In this document: positions 50,600-63,490 of the stretch, piece after piece
Numbering within the stretch: the stretch's first letter is position 1
Layout of the letters: the number at the start of each line of letters is the position of its first letter
NCBI RefSeq assembly: GCF_006345805.1
Contig: NC_043003.1
Span: 101,246,001 to 101,310,000, forward strand
Length of the DNA: 64,000 nucleotides
Reading direction: 5' to 3'
From: Octopus sinensis
Lineage: Eukaryota
The notes under the pieces: model-generated
Told to the model about the DNA's origin: nothing
Databases searched by the model: none
The model's input: only the letters and a program-made list of their open reading frames with translations
Position numbers and translations under genes: made by a program

Positions 50600-51750
50600 A
50601 TCATCATCGTTTAACGTCTGCTTTCCATGCTAGCATGGGTTGGATGATTTGACTGAGGACTGGTGAACCAGATGGCTGCACCAGGCTCCAATCTACAGCT
50701 GGATGCCCTTCCTAACGCTAACCACTCCAAGAATGTAGTGGGTGCTTTTACGTGCAACCAGCATGAGGGCCAGTCAGGCTGTACTGGCAACAGCCACGAA
50801 AAAATCATGTTTTTATACATGTCATCTGCACAAGTGCCAGTAAGGCGATGCTGGCAACGATCATGCTCGAATGGTGCTTTTTACGTGCCACCGGCACGAA
50901 CGCCAGTTAGCCACTCTGGCAACAATCATGCTTGGATGGTACTCTTAGTGCTCCACTAGCATGGATGTCAGTCATCAAATTTGATTTTGATTTCACTTGC
51001 CTCAACAAGTCTTTGCAAGCAGTGTCCAATGAAGGAGAGGTATGTATAAGTGGGCTGGTTACTCCCCTGGCATAGGCCACAAGGTTATGGTCTCACTTGG
51101 CTTGCCGGGTCTTCTCAAGCACAATATATTTCCAAAAGTTTCGGTCACTGGTCATTGCCTCGGTAAAGCCTAATGTTTGATGGTCGTGCTCCACCACTTC
51201 ATCCCAGGTCTTCCTGGGTCCACCTCTTCCACAGGTTCCCTCAACCACTAGGGTGTGGCACTTTTTCACACAGCTATCCTCATCCATTCTCGCCACATGC
51301 CCATACCAGCGCAGTCATCTCTCTTGCACACCACATCTGATGCTTCTTAGGTCCAACTTTTCTCTCAAGGTACTTACACTCTGTCAAGTATGCACACTGA
51401 CATTACACATCCATTGGATCATACTGGCTTCATTCCTTGCGAGCTTACGCATGTCCTCAGCAGTCACGGCCCATGTTTCACTGCCATGTAGCATGGCTGT
51501 TCATACACATGCATCGTACAGTCTACCTTTTACTCTGAGCAAGAGGCCCTTTGTCACCAGCAGAAGTAAGAGCTCTCTGAACTTTGCCCAGGCTATTCTT
51601 ATTCTAGCAGTTACACTTTCAGCACACCCTCCCCCGCTACTGACTTGGTCACCTAGGTAACTGAAGCTGTCAATTACTTCTACTTTTTCTCCCTGGAATG
51701 TGACGGAAGTTGTTCTCTGCACATTTTCAGTATTTATTGCTCCTGTGCAT
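50600..51750 (-). mobile_element. RTE family A 3' portion with (GAT)n tail
   Basis: RARIRIAWAKFRELL-like segment, VKGRLYDACV, GTCGRGGPRKTWDEVV and the same 3' UTR. Confidence 0.88.
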
Positions 51751-51910
51751 CTGAATTACAAATTAGCAGTTCATACATGTGCTTCTATTTGGTTAATTTT
51801 TACTGCATACAAAAATAAAGACATACTACATACATACAACAGCTTACAAAAATAGAAATTAATGTATAATTTTTTCTATGTCCATGATTTTTTGTTAACA
51901 ATATTGAAAG

Positions 51911-52420
51911 ATGCCACCAAAGAAAAGACATAATCTCTCCAAAAGCAACTATAAAGCAAGGAGGATTGTAGAAAACCAAAGGCGAGAATCTCAAAGAGAG
52001 AAAGGAGATGAATCTTTCACAGCATGTCAAATGGAGTCTCAAGAGAGAAGAGAAATGAGACTTTCTCAAGATCAGCAAATGCATACTGCAGCACATCAGA
52101 TGTAGTCTCAAGAGAGAAGGGAGATGAAACTTTTCCAAGATCAGGAAATAAATGCTGCAGCATCTCAGATGGAGTCTCATGACAAAAGGGAAATGAGACT
52201 TTCTCAACGTCAGCAAAGGCATGCTGCAGCACGTCAGATGAAGTCTCAATACAGAAGGGAGATGAGACTTTCCCAAGATCAGCAACGCATGCTGCAGCAC
52301 ATCGAATGGAGACTAAAGAGAGAAGCACTTCAGAAGATGCACCTCAACCAGTTGTACAGTATCCCACCCATGAGGGACTGATGCTAGATGGAAAGAAACG
52401 ATTGTAGTGGTCAATATTCT
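51911..52420 (+). mobile_element. Helitron Rep N-terminus with 23-aa (69-bp) STPR-like repeats
   Basis: MPPKKRHNLSKS start, similar to the ATGCCACCAAAGA start at 21637, followed by about 4 units of ESQERREMRLSQDQQMHTAAHQM. Confidence 0.7.
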
Positions 52421-52439
52421 CATATATTTCATCTTCCGT

Positions 52440-52467
52440 GTCCATCATTAATTAATAATTATATAGA

Positions 52468-52515
<48 letters not shown>

Positions 52516-52719
52516 ATATACATATATATATAATAATATATACATATATATATATATAATATATACATATATATATATATAATATATATATATATATAAT
52601 ATATACATATATATATATTATAATAATATTATATTATATATAATATATACATATATATATATATAATATATATATATATATAATATATACATATATATAT
52701 ATATATAATATACATATAT

Positions 52720-52757
<38 letters not shown>

Positions 52758-52980
52758 CATATATATATATATAATATACATATATATATATATATATTAT
52801 ATAAATATATACATATATATATATATACATAATAATATATATACATATATATATATACATATAATATACATATATATATATAATTACATATATATATATA
52901 TATATATACATATATATATTATATATAATTATATATAATATATATATATATATACATAATATATATATATATATATTATA

Positions 52981-53034
<54 letters not shown>

Positions 53035-53415
53035 GATATATATATATATATATATATACATATATGATATATCTATATATACATATATATATATATACAT
53101 ATATATATACATATATATATATACATATATATATATATACATATATATAATACATATTATAATATATATATAACATATATATATATATTACATATATATA
53201 TATATCATATATATATTATATATAACAATATTATACATATATTATATTCATTCATATAATACATATATAATACATAATATAATACTAATATATACATAAT
53301 ATACATATATATATATATACATACATATATACATATATATATATACATATATATATATATACATATATATATATACATATATATATATACATATAGATAT
53401 ACATAATATACATAG

Positions 53416-53457
<42 letters not shown>

Positions 53458-53541
53458 CAATATATATATATATACATATATATATATACATATACATAAT
53501 ATATATCTATATATATATACATATATATATATACATATACA

Positions 53542-53577
<36 letters not shown>

Positions 53578-53912
53578 CACATATATATATATATACATAT
53601 AATATATATATATATACAACATATATATATATATACATATAATATATATATATATACACATATATATATATATATATTATAATATATATATATATACACA
53701 TTATATATATATACATATAATATATATATATAACACTATAGATATATATATACTAATATATATATATTATATATATACATATATATATACATATATATAT
53801 ATACATATATATATACATATATATTATATATACATATATATATATACATATATATATATCATATATAATATATATATATACATATATATATATACATATA
53901 TATATATAATAT

Positions 53913-53951
<39 letters not shown>

Positions 53952-53966
53952 ATATATATATTATAC

Positions 53967-53997
<31 letters not shown>

Positions 53998-54169
53998 CAC
54001 ATATAATATATACACATATCTATATACATATAATATATACATATATATACACATATATATAATACATACATATATATATTATACAATATATATATACATA
54101 TATATATATACATTATATACATATATATACACACATATATATAATACATATATATACCACATATATATG

Positions 54170-54203
<34 letters not shown>

Positions 54204-54417
54204 ATATATATATAATATACATATATATACATATATATACTATATATTATATATTACACATATATATATATATATATACACATATATATATATATATATA
54301 ATACACATATATATATTATATATATATATATATATAATATGTATATATACCATATATATATATACCTATATATACACCCACATATATTATATATATATAC
54401 ACATATATAATATAATA

Positions 54418-54457
<40 letters not shown>

Positions 54458-54781
54458 ATATATATATATTATCATCATCATCATCATTTAGCGTCCATTT
54501 TCCATGCTAGCATGGGTTGGACGGTTCTACTGTAAAAAAGCACCCACTACACTCACGGAGTGGTTGGCGTTAGGAAGGGCATCCAGCCGTAGAAACACTG
54601 CCAGATTTGACTGGGCCTGATGAAGCCTTCTGGCTTCACAGACCCCAGTAGAACCGTCCAACCCATGCTAGCATGGAAAACGGACGCTAAATGATGATGA
54701 TGATGATGATGATATATATATATATACACACATATTATATATATATACACATATATATATATATATATAGTATATATACAC

Positions 54782-54864
<83 letters not shown>

Positions 54865-54934
54865 TATATATAATATATATATATATATATATCAACACCA
54901 TATATATATATATATACACACATTATATATATAT
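52440..54934. repeat. About 2.5-kb degenerate (TA)n/(TACA)n array
   Basis: Almost pure A/T with periodic C. Interrupted at 54471-54713. Confidence 0.97.
54471..54713. mobile_element. RTE-A tail insertion with an inverted duplication of its own 3' end
   Basis: 54471-54532 is the reverse complement of 54646-54713 with one mismatch, apart from (GAT)n length. Confidence 0.92.
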
Positions 54935-57890
54935 CCTGGCTTAAAACTCGTAACTGCCATCTCAGCTTGTTCCATCGATGGAGAAGTTTCTCCATGGCGC
55001 AAGCCTGGGCGGTAGGAACGAAGACACTGGGCTGCCCAGACACCAGAATCTCCCTCTCGCCCCCCCCCCAGACATAATCCAAAGGAATGCAGTGCAGTAC
55101 GTTTGGAGTCTGGTTGGCTGCAGGAGTTGCCGGAAAAGGGTCGAGATTCGACACCCTACCGCCTTCGGGGCTCCGCTCCGGATTTTCTGTCTGGGTTTAC
55201 TCCCATAGCCTTTCCCTCTCCCAAGAGCATCCGCAAGGCAGTGGAGCGAGGGTTTGGAGTCAGAGTTTTCCTTCTCCTAGACTGGCTGCCAACCAAGGCT
55301 AACGAGCCCAGTCTGCCCACCTGGTTATACCGCCAAGCATCCGGTCGTGCCACACAGCAGGCTCAGTGAGAACAGGGGGTACCGCATGAAGGTGCTGCTG
55401 TGGACACAGTAGTGCAGGAGAGGCCATAAGCAAGAACTTTCCACAAGGCGCAGCCAAGTAGAAGTTCTGCAGCGATCATTACACCTGGAGAGGAGAGGCT
55501 ATGAGAGACGCAATCACTTTCCTTTGCTCCGCTCAGAATTCACCAACCGCATGAAGGAGGCCCTTAAAGATCACGCAGCCACGTCCATCGAGGAGAGATG
55601 GCAGCTTATTCGTGACACCACTTGCAGAATAGCCATGTCATCCCTAGGAAAGAGGGAGTGGAGAAATCAAGACTGGTTTGAAGCTCACCTGCCTGAGATG
55701 GAGCCTGTCATTGCTGCCAAGAGGGAAGCACTGGTCAACTATAAGCGCGACCCATCAGAAAAGAACCTGGCTACTCTGAGAACAGCCAGAAGCGATGCCC
55801 AGAGGACGGTCAGACGTTGCGCCAACATCTACTGGCAGAACTTATGCCAGAACATCCAGTGCTGTGCTGACAGTGGTAACGTGAAAGGGATGTACGAGGG
55901 GATAAAGAAAGCATTCGGGCCCACTGTCAGCAAGGTTGCTCCACTGAAGTCCAGGGATGGCGAGGTCATCAAGGACCAAGCGAAGCAGATGGAGAGGTGG
56001 GTCGAGCATTACCAGAACCTCTACTCCACTGAGAATGTGGTCACCAGGTCTGCCCTCACCGGCATTCCTGCTCTGCCTCTCATGGAGGAGCTTGACCTGC
56101 CTCCAACAAAGGAAGAACTGAGCAAAGCAATTGACTCACTCGCTCGGGGCAAGGCACCAGGGCAAGACGGCATCCCCGCAGAAGTCATCCAGTGCGGGAA
56201 GCCAGCCCTTCTGGGCCATCTCCACGAGCTGCTCTGTCAGTGCTGGGAGGAGGGCTCTGTCCCTAAGGATATGCGTGACGCAAACATCATCACACTGTAT
56301 AAAAACAAAGGGGACAGAAGCGACTGTAATAACTACAGGGGCATATCACTGCTCAGCACTGTCGGTAAGGCATTTGCCAGGGTGGTCCTGAAGAGGTTGC
56401 AATTGCTTGCAGAGCGTGTGTACCCCGAGTCTCAGTCTGGCTTTAGGGCAGAGAGGTCTACAATCGACATGATCTTCTCACTCAGGCAGCTTCAAGAAAA
56501 GAGTCGAGAACAGAGACAGCCCCTATACGTGGCCTTCATCGACCTGGCTAAGGCGTTCGACTCAGTCAGCAGGGAGGGGCTGTTTGCGCTCCTGGGTAGG
56601 ATAGGTTGCCCTCCCAGACTGCTGAAACTCATCACCTTTCACGACGGTATGCAGGGAACAGTGCAGTTTGACGGATCGCCCTCGGAGTCGTTCCCCATCC
56701 AGAGTGGAGTGAAACAGGGTTGCGTTCTGGCGCCGACGCTCTTCGGAATTTTCTTCTCCCTTGTCCTGTCCTATGCCTTCAGAACGTCCGACGACAGAGT
56801 GTTCCTCCACACCAGGGCTGATGGTGGATTGTTCAATCTTGCGCGCCTCAGAGCTAAGACCAAAGTCCGTCAGGTGCTGATCAGAGAGATCCTCTTTGCT
56901 GACGATGCCGCCCTAACATCACACAACCAGCCAGGTCTCCAGAGGCTGGTCAGCTCCCTGGCGGATGCCTGCCAAGAGTTCGGCCTTACTATCGGCCTGA
57001 AAAAGACAGAGGTCATGGGCCAGGACGTCGGAGGGGTCCCCAGCATCAGTGTCGGCGACCACAGCTTGCAGGTGGTGAACGAGTTCACTTACCTGGGATC
57101 GACGGTCTCCAGCAGCCTGTCCCTCGAGCCGGAGCTGAACAGACGGATTGGGAAGGCTGCTGCTGCCATGGCTAAGCTCTCCAGGAGAGTGTGGGAAAAC
57201 AACAGGCTCACAATAACCACCAAGATCACAGTGTACTGAGCCTGCGTGCTGAGCACCCTACTCTACGGCAGCGAGAGCTGGACAACATACACCCGGCAAG
57301 AATGCCGCCTCAGCGGCTTCCACATGCGGTGTCTTCGACGGATCCTTGGCATCTCCTGGAAGGACCGAGTACCAAACGGAGTCATCCTAGAACAGACTAA
57401 TATGCCAAGCATGCATGCCCTCCTATTGTGGAGACGACTGCGCTGGCTCGGACACGTCTGCCGCATGCAGGACGGTCGCATGCCTAAAGACATCCTGTAC
57501 AGCGAACTCACCACGGGATCCTGACCCAAGGGATGTCCACAGCTACGATACAGGGATGTGTGCAAGCGCAACCTGAGGACTGCCAACATCTGTGTGGACA
57601 CGTGGGAGATAACAGCTGCTAGGCGCTCTGCCTGGCGTCGGACAGTGAGGAAAGGCGTTTCCATGGCTGAGGAAAGGAGAGCACAGCTGTGGTCGGACAG
57701 GCGGGACAGGAGGGGGACAACTGCAGCAACACCCCACACGTACCCATCGATGTTCGTGTGCAGCAACTGTACCAGGGACTGCCACTCTAGAATTGGACTG
57801 TTCAGTCACAGCAGACGCTGCTCATCATCAAAGTAGGCCCCACCCTTGGCGCGACCCATTGCCTATCAAGACAGACGGGTGAAGAGAAAG
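54935..57890 (+). mobile_element. RTE-clade LINE (family B), GC-rich, 5' UTR retained, APE domain absent
   Basis: One reading frame 55524-57836 with two TGA stops: KAPGQDGIPAE, NYRGISLLS, VKQGCVLAPTLF, LFADDAAL and C-terminal FVCSNCTRDCHSRIGLFSHSRRC. Confidence 0.93.
54937..55056 (+). ncRNA. Candidate HDV-like ribozyme at the RTE 5' end (partly decayed)
   Basis: P1 GGCUU/AAGCC; P2 GAUGGAGA/UCUCCCUC; P3 GUU/GGC with 7-nt L3; GG after P1; hairpin P4; J4/2 CAGA. Confidence 0.5.
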
Positions 57891-57914
57891 AGAATATATA
57901 TATATATATATATA

Positions 57915-58295
57915 TCTCTCTATATAAACGGCAGTTTGTCTGTGCGTGTTTCTGTGTGTCTGTTTGCTTGTACCCTCACCCTGACCACGGCTTTCAACCG
58001 ATTCTGATGAAACTTGACACACACATAGCCCAATGTCATAATTCAAAACTAACGCAGCGAAAATTTTGAAAAGTTCCCCCAGTTCTGAACAAAATCGATA
58101 AATTCGACATGGGGTCGAGAATCAGAAACACAAACCGCAAACTGTCTAGGGGACGCAACTCCACCTTTTTTTACTCTCAAAAAAATTTACCATCATTTTT
58201 TTCCATTTTTTTTGCTATTTTTGGGCTATAACTCTCTAAAAATGCTTTATAGTTATTTCCCTTACAAACCTGAGCAACGCCGGGCGATACTGCTA

Positions 58296-58296
<1 letters not shown>
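57915..58296 (+). mobile_element. Complete non-autonomous Helitron (382 bp)
   Basis: A|TC 5' end, subterminal hairpin CCTG-AGCAACGC-CGGG, CTAG|T 3' end. Confidence 0.88.
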
Positions 58297-58328
<32 letters not shown>

Positions 58329-59719
58329 CCGTAAATCCTCGAGTATAGTCCACCCTTGAGTATAATACGCAGGGGATTTTTAGGGGGCTGTACCTCTGAA
58401 AAGCCTAAACCTTGTGTATAATACGCACCCCTTCTCTAACTTGAGTCAAGGACGTCTATATAACATCCTTGGTTTGTAATAATATATATGGTAACGTCCT
58501 TTATTCATCATCATCCTTTAATGTCCGTTTTCCATGCTAGTATGGGTTGGACGGTTCGACCGGGGTCTGGGAAGCTAGGAGGCCGCACCAAGCTCTAGTC
58601 TGATCCGGCAGTGTTTCTACAGCTGGATGCCCTTCCTAACGCCAACAACTCCGTGAGTGTAGTGGGTGCTTTTTACGTGCCGTCGGCACAGGGGCCAGCG
58701 TGGTCTGGCAAACAGTCACAATCGGTTGGTGCTTTTATGTTTCACCGACACGGACGCCAGTCAGGCGGCGCTGGCTTCTGCCACGTTCGGATGGTGCTTT
58801 TTATGTGTCACCGGCACAGGTATCTTAACTACAATTTTCATTTGATTTTTATTTTGATGTTGGTGTTGACATACTTGACTCAATAGGTCTCCTCAAGAAC
58901 AGCAGGTCACTCTACAACCCAAGGTTAGCACAGCAGGTTGTCCTGCGAGCCATGAACTCACTTCATTTGTCAGGTCTTCACAGTCACAGCATATCTCAGA
59001 GGTCTCAGTCTTCGTCATTTCCTCTGTGAGGCCCTACATGCCACCAGCATGGGTACCACAACTACAATATCCATATGATTTTTATTTTGATGCTGATGAA
59101 CTTGACAAAATAGATCTCCTCAAGCACAGCAGGCCGTCTTGCAAGCCATGAACTCACTTCATTTGTCACCAGTGAAAAGTAAATATTAAGTAAATTACCT
59201 TTACATATTTATCACTATCAGTTACAAAAGCAAAAGCATTTATTCAAATTCAACGTCACTTTCAGCATCAAATAACTGTTCCATTTGTTCCTCTGTAAAC
59301 ATGTCGGCATCATTGTAGTATAAATCTCTGTCATCGGGCATAATTAAGCCAGCAGCACCTAGTGGAACAAACACTTCCGCGCATGCGTAATACAGTAATG
59401 GTGGTGTTCTTAACTGTTATATGGGTGTTTTTGTTACATGTTATTCTGTGTTCTGAATACTTTTGTTTTAATAAATGTTGCTTACTGCAAGTTATGAATG
59501 ATTCTTTTATGACTTCATTGCTTTCAGGTTTAGTTTAAGGTATTTTCACGCCTGACATCACAAAATGTGTCTGAAATAAACATAGCTAGACAGCAAATAG
59601 AGACTTGGACATTGATTAGAAAATAATTTTCATTTTTAACCTTGTATATAGTACGCACTAGGGATTTTGACCTTTAAATTTTGGGAAAACAAATGCGTAT
59701 TATACTTGAGGATTTACGG
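58329..59719. mobile_element. pogo/Tc2-like non-autonomous DNA transposon with TIRs
   Basis: TA|CCGTAAATCCTCGAGTATA at the left end and TATACTTGAGGATTTACGG|TG at the right. Acidic transposase-tail-like remnant MPDDRDLYYNDADMF..FDAESDVEFE on minus. Confidence 0.78.
58503..59170 (-). mobile_element. RTE-A 3' portion nested in the DNA transposon
   Basis: Reverse complement of about 10965-11635, including its internal duplication junction. Confidence 0.9.
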
Positions 59720-59723
59720 TGTG

Positions 59724-59757
<34 letters not shown>

Positions 59758-59968
59758 TTAGCATTTAAAGCTGTTGAATTCGTTCCAATTTATAAGATGT
59801 CTACTTTCTAAATCATTCGACATGAGCTGGAGTCATTCAATTTATTATTTGCATTTGTCTCATAATACTTAATGAAACAGTTTCCTCAATTATTCAGCAG
59901 CATTTCTACTTCATTGCTATAACAGCATTTCTATTTAGTTTATCTTTTGAATTTGAAAATTCATTCTA

Positions 59969-60290
59969 TTGGGTCATCCCATAAATAATGCGATTTTTTT
60001 CTACTTTTATTTTTCAAAATTAAGATTAAAAAATGTTCCTTTTTAATCTAAAATGTACTCTCCTTCATTTTCTACAATGTTCTTCCATATCTGCTAGATT
60101 TGCAAGGCCCCTCTTCTAAAATTCAGTTGTGCATAACAAAAAATACTCCTCCAGTATTGTTCTCACCTCATCTACAAAATTCATATATTTTCTGTCCAAA
60201 TGATTTTGAAGACTGCGGAATAAGTGATGATCAGATGGAGCAATGTCTGGCCAATATGGTTGGTGGGGAATCGTTTCCCATTCAAACTGC
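59969..60290 (-). mobile_element. Mariner 3' fragment with TIR
   Basis: WETIPHQPYWPDIAPSDHHLFRSLQNHL. TA|TTGGGTCATCCCATAAATAATGCG end. Confidence 0.8.
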
Positions 60291-61270
60291 CCCAGCCTTT
60301 GAAATGTCATCCTCGCTGTATGTGGTCCTAAACAGACAACAGAAAATCGTTGAGAGGGTATACCCTAAATCTGAGTGCAGTTTCAGATCAGAACACTCCA
60401 CCATTGACATGATCTCATTTTGACAGCTACAGAAGTGCCAAGAGCAAAGGCAACCACTTTTTATCACAAAGGCTTTTAACCCAGTCATTAGAGACAACCT
60501 GTTCAAAATCCTTGCTAAGATTGGTTGTCCTCCAAGACTCCTCAGGATGGCTGTATGGTAAGTAGTTTGCTTACCAACCACGTGGTTCCGGGTTCATTCC
60601 CACTGCGTGGCACCTTGAACAAGTGTCTTCTATTATAGCCTCGAGCCGACCAAAGCGTTGTGACTGGATTTGGTAGACAGAAACTGAAAGAAGCCTGTCA
60701 TATATATGTGTATATATATACAGGAGCAACGTCTCAATGTCTTCCACATTTGTAATTTGAGACACATCTTGGATATCAAGTCGATCGACCACATCACCAG
60801 CACAGAAGTCTTTAACTACACCAAGATACTCAGCATACTCACCCTGCTCTGGCTTAGTCATGTACATCACATGCCAGATGGGAGGATCCCAAAAGACCAC
60901 CTGTGTGGGGAATTAGCTACCAGCACAAAAGCATGACAATGACCTTATCTTCGCTTCAAGGATATTTGTAAGAGGGATATGAAGCTGCTTGATCTGGACA
61001 TCCTGAGATGGGAGGAAGCTGCAAATGATTGCCCGCACTGGAGACAAATACTGTGAAAGGGGATGAAGTGAGCAGAAGAAAAACAGGAACTCACCACCAA
61101 AGAAAAGTGCACTCGAAAGAAAAACCAGTAGCATCAGCAGAGTTGCTGTATGTGTGACTGCCACTCCCATGTGAGCTTATACAGCCACAACAGACACTGC
61201 ACTGTCATCAGCAGCTGACACGATTTCTTCAGGCGCAGAGCTATGGTCTCTCAGGACCAACAAATGCCTA
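60290..61270 (+). mobile_element. Old, deleted RTE copy related to family B, interrupted by a SINE A 5' fragment (60546-60700)
   Basis: ERVYPKSECSFRSEHSTIDMI, KIGCPPRLL and MPDGRIPKD remnants, with an RTE-type 3' end. Confidence 0.8.
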
Positions 61271-61391
61271 TGTGTGTGTGTGTGTGTGTGTATATACATT
61301 CTTTACTTTTTTCTTTTTAGTCTGTTTTTCCATGTTTGCCTTTGAGATTAATGTTAGTTCCTTTTACCAAGTAAAAGATAACACACGCACG

Positions 61392-61429
<38 letters not shown>

Positions 61430-61431
<2 letters not shown>

Positions 61432-61637
61432 CATGTGTGTATTTCTGTCGGTGTTTGTCACCACAACCACTTGACAACTGGTGCTGGTTTGTTTATGTCA
61501 CTGTAAATAAGCAGTTTGACAAAAAGAAACTATTACAATAAGTGCCAGGCTGAAAAAATAAGTACTGGTGTTGATTTGTTTAACTAAAAACTTCAAGGCC
61601 CCAGCATGGCCACAGTCTAATGAGTGAAATAGGTAAA

Positions 61638-61640
<3 letters not shown>
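61430..61640 (+). mobile_element. SINE family A 3' half, old
   Basis: Ends ccccagcatggccacagtctaatgagtgaaa. Confidence 0.7.
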
Positions 61641-61677
<37 letters not shown>

Positions 61678-62005
61678 ATATGCATGCACACACTCACATA
61701 TGTACAAGTATGGATAGGCACTTTGAACAAGTGTCTTCTACTATAGCCCAAGGCTGACTTAAAGCCCTGTGAGTAGATTTCGTAAATTGAAACTAAAAAA
61801 AGCTCAACATATGTATGTAGGTAGGTAGGAATGTATGAGTGTATATATGTGTATATACAGTAACAAAGGTGGCTAGACGCAATATAAAACCAAAAAGGAA
61901 AATTACAGTTTGAGGGTGCAGGGTAGCACCTACATTGCTAGAAACAAGAATCAAAGACCCTTATAGCTGCAAAAAAGTAGATGTATAGATACATATATAC
62001 ATACA

Positions 62006-62060
<55 letters not shown>

Positions 62061-62099
62061 GCCCAATACTATTTGGCAGCATTATTATATACTTCTAAT

Positions 62100-62330
62100 T
62101 AAGGCCGCGAGCTGGAAACATTGCTAGCATGCTGGACGAAATGCTTAGCAGAATTTCATCCATTACTACGTTCTGAGTTCAAATTCCGCCAAGGTTGACT
62201 TTGCCTTTCATCCTTTCAGAGTCAATAAATTAAGTACCAGTAAAACACTGGGGTCGATGTAATCGACTAGTCCTCTCCCTCCAAATTTAAGACCTTGTGC
62301 CTTCAGTAGAAAGGATTATATATACTTCCA
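62100..62330 (+). mobile_element. SINE family B, older subfamily (a second 5' fragment lies at about 62822-62922)
   Basis: Core gactttgcctttcatcctttc. Tail ccaaatttaagaccttgtgccttcagtagaaaggatta. Confidence 0.85.
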
Positions 62331-63162
62331 AGTTTACATTTGAGCATTTGTTGTGATTCTTCAATTTCTCCAATTTTATATCATTCAACCACGGTAGAAG
62401 TTGAATATATTCTTAAGTCCACCATTTCGTCAATTCCAGCACCTTCCATGCTTCACCACTAACTAAATTGCAAACTGTTAATAGTTTTAAAGAGGACACC
62501 TCCTCAGCTACACTTTGACATAAATAGTTTGAGATTTGGTTCAGAAGAAAAAAAGTTACATCAAAATATGTCGGACCTCAAGTGGGCAGTAAAGCAGATA
62601 CTCATCTTCAACATAAATTTTTAAATTTTAAACTAAATGTATACTTTTCTTTGGCTTAAATGATAAAATTAGGTATTCAGAATCGTTAGTCGCATTGAAC
62701 AAAAATTAGTAGAAAAACAGTTATGAGGTAAAATGTTACGAAATTTAATGTCAGGAAGTAAGAAGTAACGCCTAAGCAATAAGAATAAAGAATATTTCTA
62801 AAATGAATGTTTCCATTCTAAAGCGGCGAGATAGCAGAAACATTAGTGCGCCGGGCAAAATGCTTAGCGATATTTCAACTGTCTTAACATTTTGAATTCA
62901 AATTTCGCCACGGTCGACTTTGACATACAGATTATTTAGTTAATTTTTTTTTAACTAAACACTTTCAAACTTCCAATACTGGTAGAATGTGTCACATAGA
63001 ACAGGTTTTTACTCTTAAGGTTTTTGACAAAATTTGGTATTTTAGAAGTTAGAGTGACAATGGACAAATTTGTGTTGGATAAGTGCCAATACATGAAACT
63101 CTCAGCTTTTGACTTACTCTCTAACTTCTGCCAATGATATATATACATATTACATATATACC

Positions 63163-63490
63163 CTTTTACTTGTTTCCGTCAAGCAAATCGACCCCAGGAC
63201 TTATTCTTTGTAAGCCTAGTACTTATTCCATCGGCCTCTTTTGCCGAACCACTAAGTTACGGGGGCATAAACACACCAACATCAGTTGTCAAGTGATGTT
63301 GGGGGAACACACACACACATATAAACATATACATATATACGATGGGATTCTTTCAGTTTCCATCTACCAAATTCACTCACAACGCCTTGGTTGGCCTGAG
63401 GCTATAGTAGAAGGTGCCACACAGTGGGACTGAACCCAGAACCATGTGGTTGGTAAGCAAGCTACTTACCACACAGCCACTCCTGCACCT
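63163..63490 (-). mobile_element. SINE family A with internal tail deletion
   Basis: Reverse complement of 15015-15432, lacking part of the 3' tail. Confidence 0.88.
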
